Position numbers and translations under genes: made by a program
From: Candidatus Rifleibacterium sp.
GTDB taxonomy: Bacteria > Muiribacteriota > Ozemobacteria > Ozemobacterales > Ozemobacteraceae
NCBI GenBank assembly: GCA_035352635.1
Contig: DAOPYA010000006.1
Span: forward strand, 3,742 to 67,741
Length of the DNA stretch: 64,000 bases
Reading direction: 5' to 3'
Shown here: positions 20,039 through 29,005 of the stretch, piece after piece
Position numbering within the stretch: the stretch's first letter is position 1
Layout of the letters: the number at the start of each line of letters is the position of its first letter
Notes under the pieces: model-generated
Databases searched by the model: none
The model's input: only the letters and a program-made list of their open reading frames with translations
What the model was told of the DNA's origin: nothing

Positions 20039-20315
20039 TTGAAATCACTTCTGCACGTTTCTCGCGGCCGATCAAAACCAGATTGCGTATGTAAATGACG
20101 AAACCCATTGACTGGCCAAGAATGAAGACCGGGTCCTGGCGCTTGATTGCGTAGGCAAGCAGCAGAAAAGACCCGCCAATGCTGAAATACCAGAAAGAAA
20201 TCGGAATAATACTCTTTTTTTGACGCTCAGAAGCAAGCCATTGCACGAAGAAACGCATCGAAAAGAGCAACTGCCCAAGTAAGCCAACTATAAGCCAGAG
20301 ATCAAACCTGCTCAT
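20007..20315 (-). CDS. Small membrane protein of the lipid-A-biosynthesis N-terminal domain (LAB_N) family
   Basis: 102 aa, 3 TM. Overlaps neighbours. Confidence 0.55.
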   Translation of the reverse strand: MSRFDLWLIVGLLGQLLFSMRFFVQWLASERQKKSIIPISFWYFSIGGSFLLLAYAIKRQDPVFILGQSMGFVIYIRNLVLIGREKRAEVISNEPGEYNGED

Positions 20316-21021
20316 CTATCTGATACCTCAATTTGCGCCATTTCATCCAGCGAATGGCGAGTAGATCAAGAAAAGACCTGAGTATCCGGTTCCAGACATT
20401 GTATTTTGAAACCCCGAGGGCGCGAGGGTGATGACTGACTTCGACTTCAACCACCCGACCACCGTTCATTTTGACCAGAGTTGGCAAAAATCGGTGCATG
20501 CCTTCGAACAGTTCAATCGGTTGAATGTACTCAGCCCGAAAAGCCTTAAGGGAGCAACCAGTGTCTTTAATGGTCTCACTGCTGATCACATTTCGTATCC
20601 AGTTGGCGATTTTAGATGAAACACGCCTGACAAAATTGTCATTGCGCTTCTTTCGCCAGCCAACCGCCGCGGCGCAATCAGCACCCAGATGGTCTAGTAG
20701 CAACGGAATATCGGCCGGGTCATTCTGAAGGTCAGCGTCGAGGGTAATAATTACCGCGCCACGTGCTGCTTTGATGCCCGCAGCCATCGCGGCAGTCTGC
20801 CCGTTGTTCTTTGAAAAACGCAGCCCTCTTATTGCCGGAAATCTTTGTTTGAGTTCAACAAGACGCGCAAAACTACCGTCAGTCGAGCCATCATCGACGA
20901 GCAGGAGTTCCCATGGCTTGCCGAGGCCGGACATGGTTGCGTCAACGCGTCTGACCAGCTCTTCAAGGCTTTCAGCTTCATTGTAAACCGGTATGGCCAC
21001 TGAATAAAAAATATTGCTCAT
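20302..21021 (-). CDS. GT2 polyprenyl-phosphate glycosyltransferase (ArnC/DPM1-like)
   Basis: VAIPVYNEAE..LLLVDDGSTDGS..DADLQ motifs. Confidence 0.8.
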   Translation of the reverse strand: MSNIFYSVAIPVYNEAESLEELVRRVDATMSGLGKPWELLLVDDGSTDGSFARLVELKQRFPAIRGLRFSKNNGQTAAMAAGIKAARGAVIITLDADLQNDPADIPLLLDHLGADCAAAVGWRKKRNDNFVRRVSSKIANWIRNVISSETIKDTGCSLKAFRAEYIQPIELFEGMHRFLPTLVKMNGGRVVEVEVSHHPRALGVSKYNVWNRILRSFLDLLAIRWMKWRKLRYQIDEQV

Positions 21022-21155
21022 TTAAAGTCTCTGGCACCACCACTGTGTTTGAATTCTTCGAGAGTCTATCACAAAAAGCTGGCGCAAAAAACTCTCAGTT
21101 TAAAATTCCACCAAAAATAAAACACCCCGCCGAAGCGGGGTGTCTGGGTTTGTGA

Positions 21156-21545
21156 TCAGAGTTCCTGGTGAGCTTTCAGAAATTTTTCCTGGCGATCAAG
21201 CAGCTTATTGAGTGATACGCCAACTTCTTCTTCGAAATCGTCCATGCTGATGAATTCGGCAGCAACGGCACGAGCCTGTGCTAATTCTTCGGCGGTTTTG
21301 ATGTCGGCAACCATTTTGCTGATTTTTTCGCGGGCTTCAGCAATGCATTTGTCGGCTTCCTGGGGGCTGACTACCGGTGAACTGCCATAGCCACCACTGT
21401 GGGTTGCATCATGCAGCACGCTTTCGAGTGAAGACCAGGTCCACATCTGCTGGCGAAGCTCGGCAACGTTAAGTGCAAAAGCCGAAGAAGCAATAGCAAG
21501 AAGAAAAACCACTGCAAAAACCACTACTTTTTTAGTTCTGAACAT
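21156..21545 (-). CDS. Small secreted hypothetical protein
   Basis: 129 aa, signal peptide. Confidence 0.45.
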   Translation of the reverse strand: MFRTKKVVVFAVVFLLAIASSAFALNVAELRQQMWTWSSLESVLHDATHSGGYGSSPVVSPQEADKCIAEAREKISKMVADIKTAEELAQARAVAAEFISMDDFEEEVGVSLNKLLDRQEKFLKAHQEL

Positions 21546-21942
21546 TTTTTTCTCCGTTGAAAATTTTTATGCTGTTTTGTTAGCAATTAGTGTACCAAGT
21601 CTTAAAAACTGCTCTGGTGCAAAAATTCACAAAGCAAGTATAGCATAATGACAAAAAACCGGCAATCCTCTGCCGAAAAATTCAGCAATTCTCAGTCAAA
21701 AGCAACCCGGCTGACAGGTCGAAGCTCCTACTTTTAAAAGACAACTGTTTAAACAAAAGTGGCTTTTGACGCGAGTTACAAAACTCACCGAGGATTGCTG
21801 CGAAAAAATCGCCAATTCATAGACACTGAAGCTATATCTGCAAAAACTATTTTGATTTCAAGAGGGTTTGCCTGGCAGGTTGAATTTTTTCATTCCCGCT
21901 GTTTTGCTTACGAGTTAAGCATTCCCGGCAAATCGAAAAAGA

Positions 21943-21975
21943 AAAAGGCCACGAGATTTCGTGGCCTTTAATAGC
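21943..21975 (-). terminator. Rho-independent terminator for the NlpC/P60 gene
   Basis: AAGGCCACGAGATTTCGTGGCCTT hairpin. The minus-strand reading is followed by a T-rich run. Confidence 0.55.
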
Positions 21976-22113
21976 AATAATGCGATCAAAAATCAGAGTT
22001 GGCTTTTTCTGCAAAAAGCTTGTGATATATTTAAGTATTTGTGAGCATACCTTTTGTCGAGTTGGTGCGTTCAGGCATCAGGTGCGAAAAATTGCAAATA
22101 ACACAAACTGGTT

Positions 22114-23361
22114 TCAGGCGGTCATGGCTTTGCGAACTTTATCCATGCCGTTCATGCGGTAGGTGCCTTTATAAAACTCATACTTGTGCGGCGCCAGAAT
22201 GCTGACTTCAGCGGTGTTGCCCATCTGCATGACCAGGATGTTCCCCTGACTGTCGGTACCTTTGTAGATCATCGAATGACCGTAGCGGTTGTGACCGTAA
22301 TCGAGCAGAATCATGTCGCCGGGTCTGATGTCGGGCGGCGGCGGAGGTTTGACGCCCGGGTTGATCGAGGAGGTGTATTTTTGCGACCATAGCCCGCTGG
22401 TAGAGGTTCGCCCACCACTAATCGGGTAGGCAACACCGGCTTTGCCATAAGCTTCTTTTTGCAACATCTGCACAAAACCGCTGCAGTCAATGCCGCCAAT
22501 TTTTTGAAACTTGTTATACGCTTCTTTTGAACGCCATTTCCAGGTGTTGATGTCAACGTAATTTTCATAATAATCGCGAGATTCAAGGCCGAGTTGGTTG
22601 CCTGAACCCTTCTTTTTCTGGTAGGTTTTGAGGTCGTCGAAACCGCCGAATTTAAAGACGATCGGTTCATCGATGTAGGGTTGGGCGATTTCCTGTATCT
22701 TGCGGGCAAAAACAATATCTTCAAAATGTTTTTCGAGCTGCTTTAAAATGCTGGCTGCCTGGTCGTGTTTGCCAAGTTTTTCAAGGCACATTGCCTGCAT
22801 GTAGAGCGACTCAGCCGGGTTGCCACTCGAGGCTGCTGCCAGTTTGTATGCCTCAGCGTAATCGCCGTTCTTATAAGCTTTATTGGCACGGTTCAGCTTC
22901 CAGTACCAGGGGAAACGCTCAAAATTAAGCAGATTCTTGCCAAGGTGTCGGTTCCAGCGTTCGAACTGTTTTGCGTTGGCAAGAGACTGCTGAGCCTGGG
23001 GCTGTGTGGCAGTCGTGGCGCCTGATACAGTCGCTTTGCTGACCAGGTCGTTGCGAACCCAGCCGGTCAGGCCATTGCCAAAATCAAGCTGATACCAACC
23101 GTTCTTTTCGCCTTTAATTACACCCGACGAGCCCATCGGCAAGGTTTTGAGCACGGAATTGCCAATGCCAGGGCCACTGCGAACATTAACCCAGGCCTTG
23201 TTTATTTCGTAACTGTCTGCTGCGATGGTAGCCGTTACGGTCGAAGATTCGTTGCCGACGGCAAACGGGTCGTTTTGAGCCATGATCGGGTTGCTGCCAT
23301 GCAGCCCAAACATCAACAGAAAACCAAACATCAGGTAACTTCTGCGCATGCGATGCTCCAT
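22114..23361 (-). CDS. Secreted cell-wall hydrolase: SH3b domain + TPR-like region + NlpC/P60 cysteine peptidase domain
   Basis: Signal peptide. WVNVRSGPG..GWYQL (SH3b). C-terminal DCSGFV..H catalytic dyad region. Confidence 0.7.
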   Translation of the reverse strand: MEHRMRRSYLMFGFLLMFGLHGSNPIMAQNDPFAVGNESSTVTATIAADSYEINKAWVNVRSGPGIGNSVLKTLPMGSSGVIKGEKNGWYQLDFGNGLTGWVRNDLVSKATVSGATTATQPQAQQSLANAKQFERWNRHLGKNLLNFERFPWYWKLNRANKAYKNGDYAEAYKLAAASSGNPAESLYMQAMCLEKLGKHDQAASILKQLEKHFEDIVFARKIQEIAQPYIDEPIVFKFGGFDDLKTYQKKKGSGNQLGLESRDYYENYVDINTWKWRSKEAYNKFQKIGGIDCSGFVQMLQKEAYGKAGVAYPISGGRTSTSGLWSQKYTSSINPGVKPPPPPDIRPGDMILLDYGHNRYGHSMIYKGTDSQGNILVMQMGNTAEVSILAPHKYEFYKGTYRMNGMDKVRKAMTA

Positions 23362-23410
23362 CTTTTTAATTTATTAACATTCTAATGAAAAAGCCGCTAA
23401 CCGTCTACGG

Positions 23411-24328
23411 TTAAAAGTTATTGCCCGAACGCAACAACTTGAATCCATCTGCCGCTGAACCAGAAAACCCGTAAAGCTTGCCGTCGCTGCATAGTTTCCA
23501 GCTGGCGGTCAGGAAAGGTGCATCGAAAATTGGCAATGCAACCGATTGCAGCACTTCGGCATGGTCGCCGAGCTTGGCAAAGTTGAGAATGCCGGGCTTG
23601 CTCCTGGTGACCACCTGCACTACCAGGCGATTAGCGTGTATCCCGGCTGTTTTTATGAATACTATCGGTTCACCTGGTTCGTAAAGCCCGATCATTTCGG
23701 GTTCTTGAACTTCATCGGCGAGTTCGGCGGCGATAATGCCACGTGAATCGGCCTCAAGATTATATTGCACCCCGAAAATGCGCTGGCCGGTACAGGCTGG
23801 TTCGAGCGCCACGGCCGGATGCTGAACTGTCTGGTCATTTTTGCAGATCAGCAGGCCGTTTCCCTGGTCTTCGATGAGAAAAAGCTTGTCGTTGAGAATA
23901 CTCAGGCGGCCCGGGTTCTTGAAGGCTATTCTTACGTGCCGGTCAACCTTGCCATTAGCCGGGTTAATCACTGCTACCCCGTCAGGTTCGCGGGTCAAAA
24001 CATACAGGCGCTGGTTGAAGCAGGCAAGATCGCCAAGTCGCCCGTAGTTGAGCATGATGTAAGACCATTCGTTCTTTTTGAAGCACTTTAACATGCTGTT
24101 GACCGAATCCGAAAACCAGGCGGCGCCATCATTGTCAATGTCAAAGCCGCCAATGCACTGATAAGGCGCAACAGGCAGCACCCCCGGTGATGGCAGCCTT
24201 ATGCCGAGCTGATTCACTTCTTTGCCCCAGTTGCCTTTGCAGATCAATACGTTATCACCGGCATGCGCCGCGAAAACCTGGCATAACAGAATGAACCCCA
24301 GCAAAATATAAACGATACGTTTCTGCAT
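23411..24328 (-). CDS. Secreted hypothetical protein
   Basis: 305 aa, signal peptide. Confidence 0.5.
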   Translation of the reverse strand: MQKRIVYILLGFILLCQVFAAHAGDNVLICKGNWGKEVNQLGIRLPSPGVLPVAPYQCIGGFDIDNDGAAWFSDSVNSMLKCFKKNEWSYIMLNYGRLGDLACFNQRLYVLTREPDGVAVINPANGKVDRHVRIAFKNPGRLSILNDKLFLIEDQGNGLLICKNDQTVQHPAVALEPACTGQRIFGVQYNLEADSRGIIAAELADEVQEPEMIGLYEPGEPIVFIKTAGIHANRLVVQVVTRSKPGILNFAKLGDHAEVLQSVALPIFDAPFLTASWKLCSDGKLYGFSGSAADGFKLLRSGNNF

Positions 24329-24571
24329 CTGATTTACTCCGGTCAGCTGAATAATGTATCAAGTTTAACAGAATTCCCTACACCATGCACAGCTCTAAAA
24401 ATTTTTAGGGTGAGCGCATAGTTGGACTTTGTAAAATGCAAAATAATTTTGAATGATCGCCTCTGGCAAAGCCGCCTGCATTAGCTTTAATTGCTCGCAT
24501 AGCCCGGAAAGAATTCACTTAACAGCACTCTGACCAGATAACGGGGAGTTTCTCTGCAGTGCTTTCTCTGG

Positions 24572-24600
24572 TTGACTTGGCTGGTGACGCGGGGTAGTAT
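24572..24600 (+). promoter_or_regulatory. Sigma70-like promoter for moaA (TTGACT-17-TAGTAT)
   Basis: Hexamers at 24572-24577 and 24595-24600. ATG at 24617 about 10 nt past the predicted TSS. Confidence 0.45.
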
Positions 24601-24616
24601 AAAGTCATCTTTCATC

Positions 24617-25558
24617 ATGTTTAAATATCTCAGAGTATCGGTTACTGATCGCTGCAACTACCGCTGCATTTATTGCATGCCCGAAGACGGCATCTGCAAA
24701 CAGTCACATGACCAGGTCATGCGTTACGAAGAAATGCTGCCGGTGATTCGTGCTGCTGTCGAAACCGGTGTTGAGCAGGTTCGGGTAACCGGCGGCGAAC
24801 CGCTCGTCAGGTCGGGCATCGTTGAATTTATTGGTGATCTGGCGAAAATACCCGGTCTGAATGATTTGACCCTGACCACCAATGGTGCTTTGCTCGACAA
24901 ATTTGCTTTGCCTCTTAAACAAGCTGGTCTGCGCCGGGTTAACGTCAGTATTGATTCTTTGAACCCTGAGAATTTTCATAAAATTACCCGAAATGGCAAT
25001 TTGAGTGATGTGTTGCGTGGCATTGATGCAGCAATAGCTGCCGGCCTGGGGCCGGTTAAGATTAATACTGTGCTGATGCCGGGCTTGAACGATCACGAAA
25101 TTTTGTCTTTTGCAGATTTTGCCGCCGAAAAAGGCCTGTCGGTGCGTTTTATCGAGCGAATGCCTTTCAATACAGATCCCGGCGGCGAACCGGTCGAATT
25201 TGTTCCAGAAGAAAGGGTTCTCAGAACAATCTCAGAAAAATACCGCCTGGTGCCCCATGATGAGCATTCGTATGGCCCGGCCCGCAGCTTCAGTATCGAA
25301 GGCAGCAATGGCCGTATCGGGCTGATCAGTTCGCGCAGCACGCCGTTCTGCCACCTGTGCCAGCGGTTGCGTCTAACTTCTGGTGGCTATATTCTACCCT
25401 GTCTTGATTCAAATTATGGTATAAATATCAGAGGCCTCGGCCCTGATGAAATCAAGGCGGTAATCGAACGCCTTGATAGCGAAAAGTCAGGCTGGCACAA
25501 GAACCGGGCCTGTTTTGCGGCAACTTTTGATAATTCCCTGTCAAAAATCGGCGGTTAA
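24617..25558 (+). CDS. moaA: GTP 3',8-cyclase MoaA (radical SAM)
   Basis: CNYRCIYCMP radical-SAM cluster motif and C-terminal auxiliary-cluster cysteines. The track start at 24572 is TTG and lies upstream of the promoter, so ATG 24617 is preferred. Confidence 0.85.
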   Translation: MFKYLRVSVTDRCNYRCIYCMPEDGICKQSHDQVMRYEEMLPVIRAAVETGVEQVRVTGGEPLVRSGIVEFIGDLAKIPGLNDLTLTTNGALLDKFALPLKQAGLRRVNVSIDSLNPENFHKITRNGNLSDVLRGIDAAIAAGLGPVKINTVLMPGLNDHEILSFADFAAEKGLSVRFIERMPFNTDPGGEPVEFVPEERVLRTISEKYRLVPHDEHSYGPARSFSIEGSNGRIGLISSRSTPFCHLCQRLRLTSGGYILPCLDSNYGINIRGLGPDEIKAVIERLDSEKSGWHKNRACFAATFDNSLSKIGG

Positions 25559-25574
25559 TTCTAAGGAGCAGTTT

Positions 25575-26531
25575 ATGGCAAATGCAAAGAACCTCTGCCT
25601 CGGAATCGATCTCGGAGGCACCAAAGTAGCGGTTGGCCTTTGCAAAGGCGAAGAGATTCTCAAAAAGGCGATTTTTCCGACTCAGGCTTCTGCGGGTTTT
25701 GATGGGGTTATTTCAGTGATACTCGGTGCCGTCGAGAAGGTAATGGAAGGGCATACCCTCAAAGAGGTGTCGGGCGCCGGTATCGGTTCAGCTGGCCAGA
25801 TCGACGGTGCCAGCGGCGAAGTTATCTATTCGCCGAATCTCGGCTGGCGAAACGCACCCCTCGGCAACGCGGTGAGCAAGGCTCTTGGTTTGCCGGTCAA
25901 GGTGCTGAACGATGTGCGTGCCGCCACAGTCGCCGAACAGAAATTTGGCAACGGCAAAGGCCTTGAAAATTTTGGTAATATTTTTGTCGGCACCGGCGTC
26001 GGTTCGGGCTGGGTTATTAATGGCCAGCTGATGAACGGTGTCACTAATTCAGCGGGTGAAATCGGCCACATCTGCATGGACCCGGAAGGCCCACTCTGTG
26101 GCTGCGGTAATCGGGGCTGTCTTGAAGCCTATTGTTCAGGCACAGGCATGGAAAATTACGTGAAAGCCGAATTGAAAAAGGGGCGCAAGAGCCTGCTCAG
26201 CGAGCTTGCTGAGCACAAACTCGAAAATGTGCGCGGCCCGCTGATCGGCAAGGCAGCAGAGCAGGGTGATGAACTGGCTCTTGAAGCAATTCATCGGGTT
26301 GGTAAATATCTAGGGTTGGCTCTGGCGAACGTTCATACTCTGCTGAACCCAGAAGTAGTGCTTCTTGGCGGCGGCATGATGGCTCTTAAAAAGTTTTTCC
26401 TGCCGCAGCTTGATAACACTCTGCGTCAGCACATTCTGCCGGTAGCCGCTAATCATAATCGGCCCCTCATCAAAGAGGCCCGTTTTGAGAATGACGCTGT
26501 TCTGCTCGGTGGGGCGGCAGTTTTTGCATGA
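25575..26531 (+). CDS. ROK family sugar kinase (glucokinase-like)
   Basis: LGIDLGGTKV ATPase motif. CGCGNRGC zinc motif. AAGGAG RBS 7 nt upstream of ATG 25575. Confidence 0.8.
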   Translation: MANAKNLCLGIDLGGTKVAVGLCKGEEILKKAIFPTQASAGFDGVISVILGAVEKVMEGHTLKEVSGAGIGSAGQIDGASGEVIYSPNLGWRNAPLGNAVSKALGLPVKVLNDVRAATVAEQKFGNGKGLENFGNIFVGTGVGSGWVINGQLMNGVTNSAGEIGHICMDPEGPLCGCGNRGCLEAYCSGTGMENYVKAELKKGRKSLLSELAEHKLENVRGPLIGKAAEQGDELALEAIHRVGKYLGLALANVHTLLNPEVVLLGGGMMALKKFFLPQLDNTLRQHILPVAANHNRPLIKEARFENDAVLLGGAAVFA

Positions 26532-27484
26532 AGCCTCTTTACCCGGCAACTTTCAAGGCTGCTGATGTAGAACGCCAGCATTGGGCAGAAATACCGGCGA
26601 ACATTCAGTTTTATCGGCATGTTCGCAACGTCTGTAATGGTTTTCCAAGTGTTGTGCTCGCCTGGTCGGCCAGGCCAGGCCTCGAAAGCCTTGCGGCGGG
26701 CATTGCTGAAGGCCTCATGAATAGCGGAATAAATGTTTTCATGCCGCCGCAGGCCGCACCGATTTGTGCTTTATCACAGGCGATCGGCGCACGTAATCTT
26801 CCGATTGCCCTTTATCTCGACGCTGACGAACATGTTGCCAATCTGACGCTTGCCGCGCTTTCGAGCCACGGCGGGCCATTTGACCAGCAGGATATTCTTA
26901 CGGCGCCGTTTGGGCGCAGCGGAAAGTCTGGAGTCGCCGGTGAAACCGACATTGAAAGAGCTTATGTCAATAATCTTGCCGGGCTGGCTGACCAGTTTAT
27001 CGAAAACGGCACCGGTTTTTCCGAGCTGGAAATCCCTTTTAGCGCCCTTTTAGATCGTCTGCATGAAAACCCGGCACTGAAAATACTTTTTCAGCAAGAC
27101 CCCGAGGGGCCGAAAGCCATCGTAGGTCATGATGGCCAGACGTTAACCATAATCGAAAAAGATGGCCGTCAGATGCAGACAACCGAAATAGCCAGCTTTA
27201 TCACCAGTTACCTTGTCGAAGACAGAATGGCTGCCGGCACACTTCTCGGGCCGACCGGTCAGGTGCACGATTTTGCCAGATCTTTCGCCGGTCTCGAAAC
27301 CATTGAAATCGATGATTCGCTGACTGATTTTCACCATCGCGCCAGTTTCATCGACCTGCTGATTGGGTGGTGGCACAATGGTTTGATTGCTCACCAGGGC
27401 GGCAGTTGCTTTGGCGATGCCATTTTAACCGCCGTCTACTATCTCGAATCCCGCCGCCGCCACCACCAAAAAAAAAATATGTAG
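26528..27484 (+). CDS. Hypothetical protein, weak phosphohexomutase-like signature (SSHGGP)
   Basis: 318 aa. Translationally coupled to the ROK kinase (overlap at 26528-26531). Confidence 0.45.
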   Translation: MKPLYPATFKAADVERQHWAEIPANIQFYRHVRNVCNGFPSVVLAWSARPGLESLAAGIAEGLMNSGINVFMPPQAAPICALSQAIGARNLPIALYLDADEHVANLTLAALSSHGGPFDQQDILTAPFGRSGKSGVAGETDIERAYVNNLAGLADQFIENGTGFSELEIPFSALLDRLHENPALKILFQQDPEGPKAIVGHDGQTLTIIEKDGRQMQTTEIASFITSYLVEDRMAAGTLLGPTGQVHDFARSFAGLETIEIDDSLTDFHHRASFIDLLIGWWHNGLIAHQGGSCFGDAILTAVYYLESRRRHHQKKNM

Positions 27485-27663
27485 GGACCGGTTTGTAGGG
27501 ACCGGTTTGTAGGGACCGGTTTAAAACCGGTCCCTACGGGTATGTAATTGCATCCGGGTATGTAATCGTGCGCGGGTATGTAATTGCATCCGGGTATGTA
27601 ATCGTGCGCGGGTATGTAATTGCATTCGGGTATGTAATTGTGTGCGGGTACGCAATCACACCC
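27481..27663. repeat. Minisatellite: 3 x 14-bp (GTAGGGACCGGTTT), a 13-bp-stem perfect palindrome, then 7 x 18-bp direct repeats (GGGTATGTAATYGYRYSC)
   Basis: Read directly. Sits between the stop of 26528-27484 and the stop of the convergent rlmD-like gene. Confidence 0.85.
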
Positions 27664-29005
27664 GTTCGAAGACACACACCAGTTCAACATGATGCGTACG
27701 TGGGTATAGATCGAACCCGGCGACCTCAGTCAGGCGGTAACCGCTGTTGACGATGGCGCTCGCATCTTTTTCGCAGGCATCGAGGTCGCAGAAAACGCAG
27801 ACAACCTTTTTGGGCAGCAATTTGCCGAGCAGACGTGCGATGCCGGGGGTGCCGGTGCGCGGTGGGTCGATCAGTAGAACATCAGGTTCAGGGGTGCATT
27901 TTGCCAGTTCTTTGAGCGCATCACCTTCAATGAGACTTATGCGTTCAGAGAAACCGCTGCGTATAACGTTGCGTTGCCCGGTTCTAACTGCACCAGGGTG
28001 TGATTCTATTGCCTCAACCCGGGCGCCCTTGGCAGCCAGAGCCAGAGTGAAATTGCCGGCACCGGCAAACCCTTCAACAATGCGAGTTTCGGCGGAAGGT
28101 TTGCAGAATTCAACAACCTTGCGCACCAGCACTGGGTTCTGAAAGATGTTTCCCTGCACGAAGAACGAAGGTTCGGCATCATAAGGCCCACCATCTATTT
28201 CGGGGGCGACCAGCCCGGTAACATTGACCGGCCCGACGACTTCTTTAATTTTGCCATCGAATGTAGAGATCGACATGCCCTTGAGATTAAGACTGCGCAT
28301 GACTTTCATCAGATCTTCATAGCAATGCCGTGAAGTTTGCCCCTTCATGAGCACGGCGTGCCCGGTGACCCGGTCTGAATTGTGTGCTGAAGAAGACATC
28401 AATGTCAGGCTGTCGAGCATGATCGGAACCTGATTGAGAATTTTGCGGGCGGCGACCAGGCGGCGGTTGAGTGGGGCGGTAACCAGGGCGCAGGCAGTAA
28501 CCGGCACCACGTTTCCGGGCACTGGTGTCTGCCAGTTATCGGAAGCGAGAAAACCTGATTCGCGTTCTTCAAAGCTTCGGCTCTGATGCAGCCTGACGCG
28601 TGGCAGATACCTGATCAGCTCACGGGAAGGGTGAAAGCTGTGAACGAAGGCTTCTCTGCCGCCTGGTATGCGGGCGAGACTGCGTTCAATCATAGCCTGT
28701 TTTTCTTTTTTGCGGCCTTTTTCTGAGAGTTCGAGAAGATCGCAGCCGCCGCAAGGGCCGTGAAAAAAGCAGTCGGGCTTGACGCGTTCGGGTGAAGGCT
28801 CAAAAAGGGCTGCAGATACGACTTTTAAAGCGCTGTCAAGCTGGACTTCGACCTTGTCGCCAGGCAGAAAACCGGCAAGCCTGACCCGGTTATGTTCAAG
28901 GGTAATAAAGGCCTGACCGTTGCCGGTCAGACCTTCAACAACTGCAATCACGCGTCTGAGTTTGTTTTCGTTCACTCTTGTTACTTCTTGATGACTTTTG
29001 GGCAC
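27656..29005 (-). CDS. 23S rRNA (uracil-5)-methyltransferase RlmD-like (TRAM + Fe-S + class I SAM MTase)
   Basis: N-terminal TRAM-like region. CGGCDLLEL Fe-S cysteines. C-terminal MTase with FCDLDACE region. Confidence 0.75.
   Translation of the reverse strand: MPKSHQEVTRVNENKLRRVIAVVEGLTGNGQAFITLEHNRVRLAGFLPGDKVEVQLDSALKVVSAALFEPSPERVKPDCFFHGPCGGCDLLELSEKGRKKEKQAMIERSLARIPGGREAFVHSFHPSRELIRYLPRVRLHQSRSFEERESGFLASDNWQTPVPGNVVPVTACALVTAPLNRRLVAARKILNQVPIMLDSLTLMSSSAHNSDRVTGHAVLMKGQTSRHCYEDLMKVMRSLNLKGMSISTFDGKIKEVVGPVNVTGLVAPEIDGGPYDAEPSFFVQGNIFQNPVLVRKVVEFCKPSAETRIVEGFAGAGNFTLALAAKGARVEAIESHPGAVRTGQRNVIRSGFSERISLIEGDALKELAKCTPEPDVLLIDPPRTGTPGIARLLGKLLPKKVVCVFCDLDACEKDASAIVNSGYRLTEVAGFDLYPRTHHVELVCVFERV

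Noticed and set aside
24572-24616. MoaA N-terminal extension (track start 24572)
   Set aside because: The start codon is TTG and coincides with the -35 hexamer of the predicted promoter.
26528-27484. Calling 26528-27484 a phosphoglucomutase/phosphomannomutase
   Set aside because: Only a weak SSHGGP resemblance to the TASHNP active-site loop, and the protein is about 130 aa too short. Left as hypothetical.
27439-27750. ORFs 27439..27690(-) and 27568..27750(+) with repetitive peptide (NYIPAHDYIPGC..), and a possible CRISPR array
   Set aside because: Both ORFs are generated by the 18-bp tandem repeats. The repeats are contiguous with no unique spacers, so this is not a CRISPR array.
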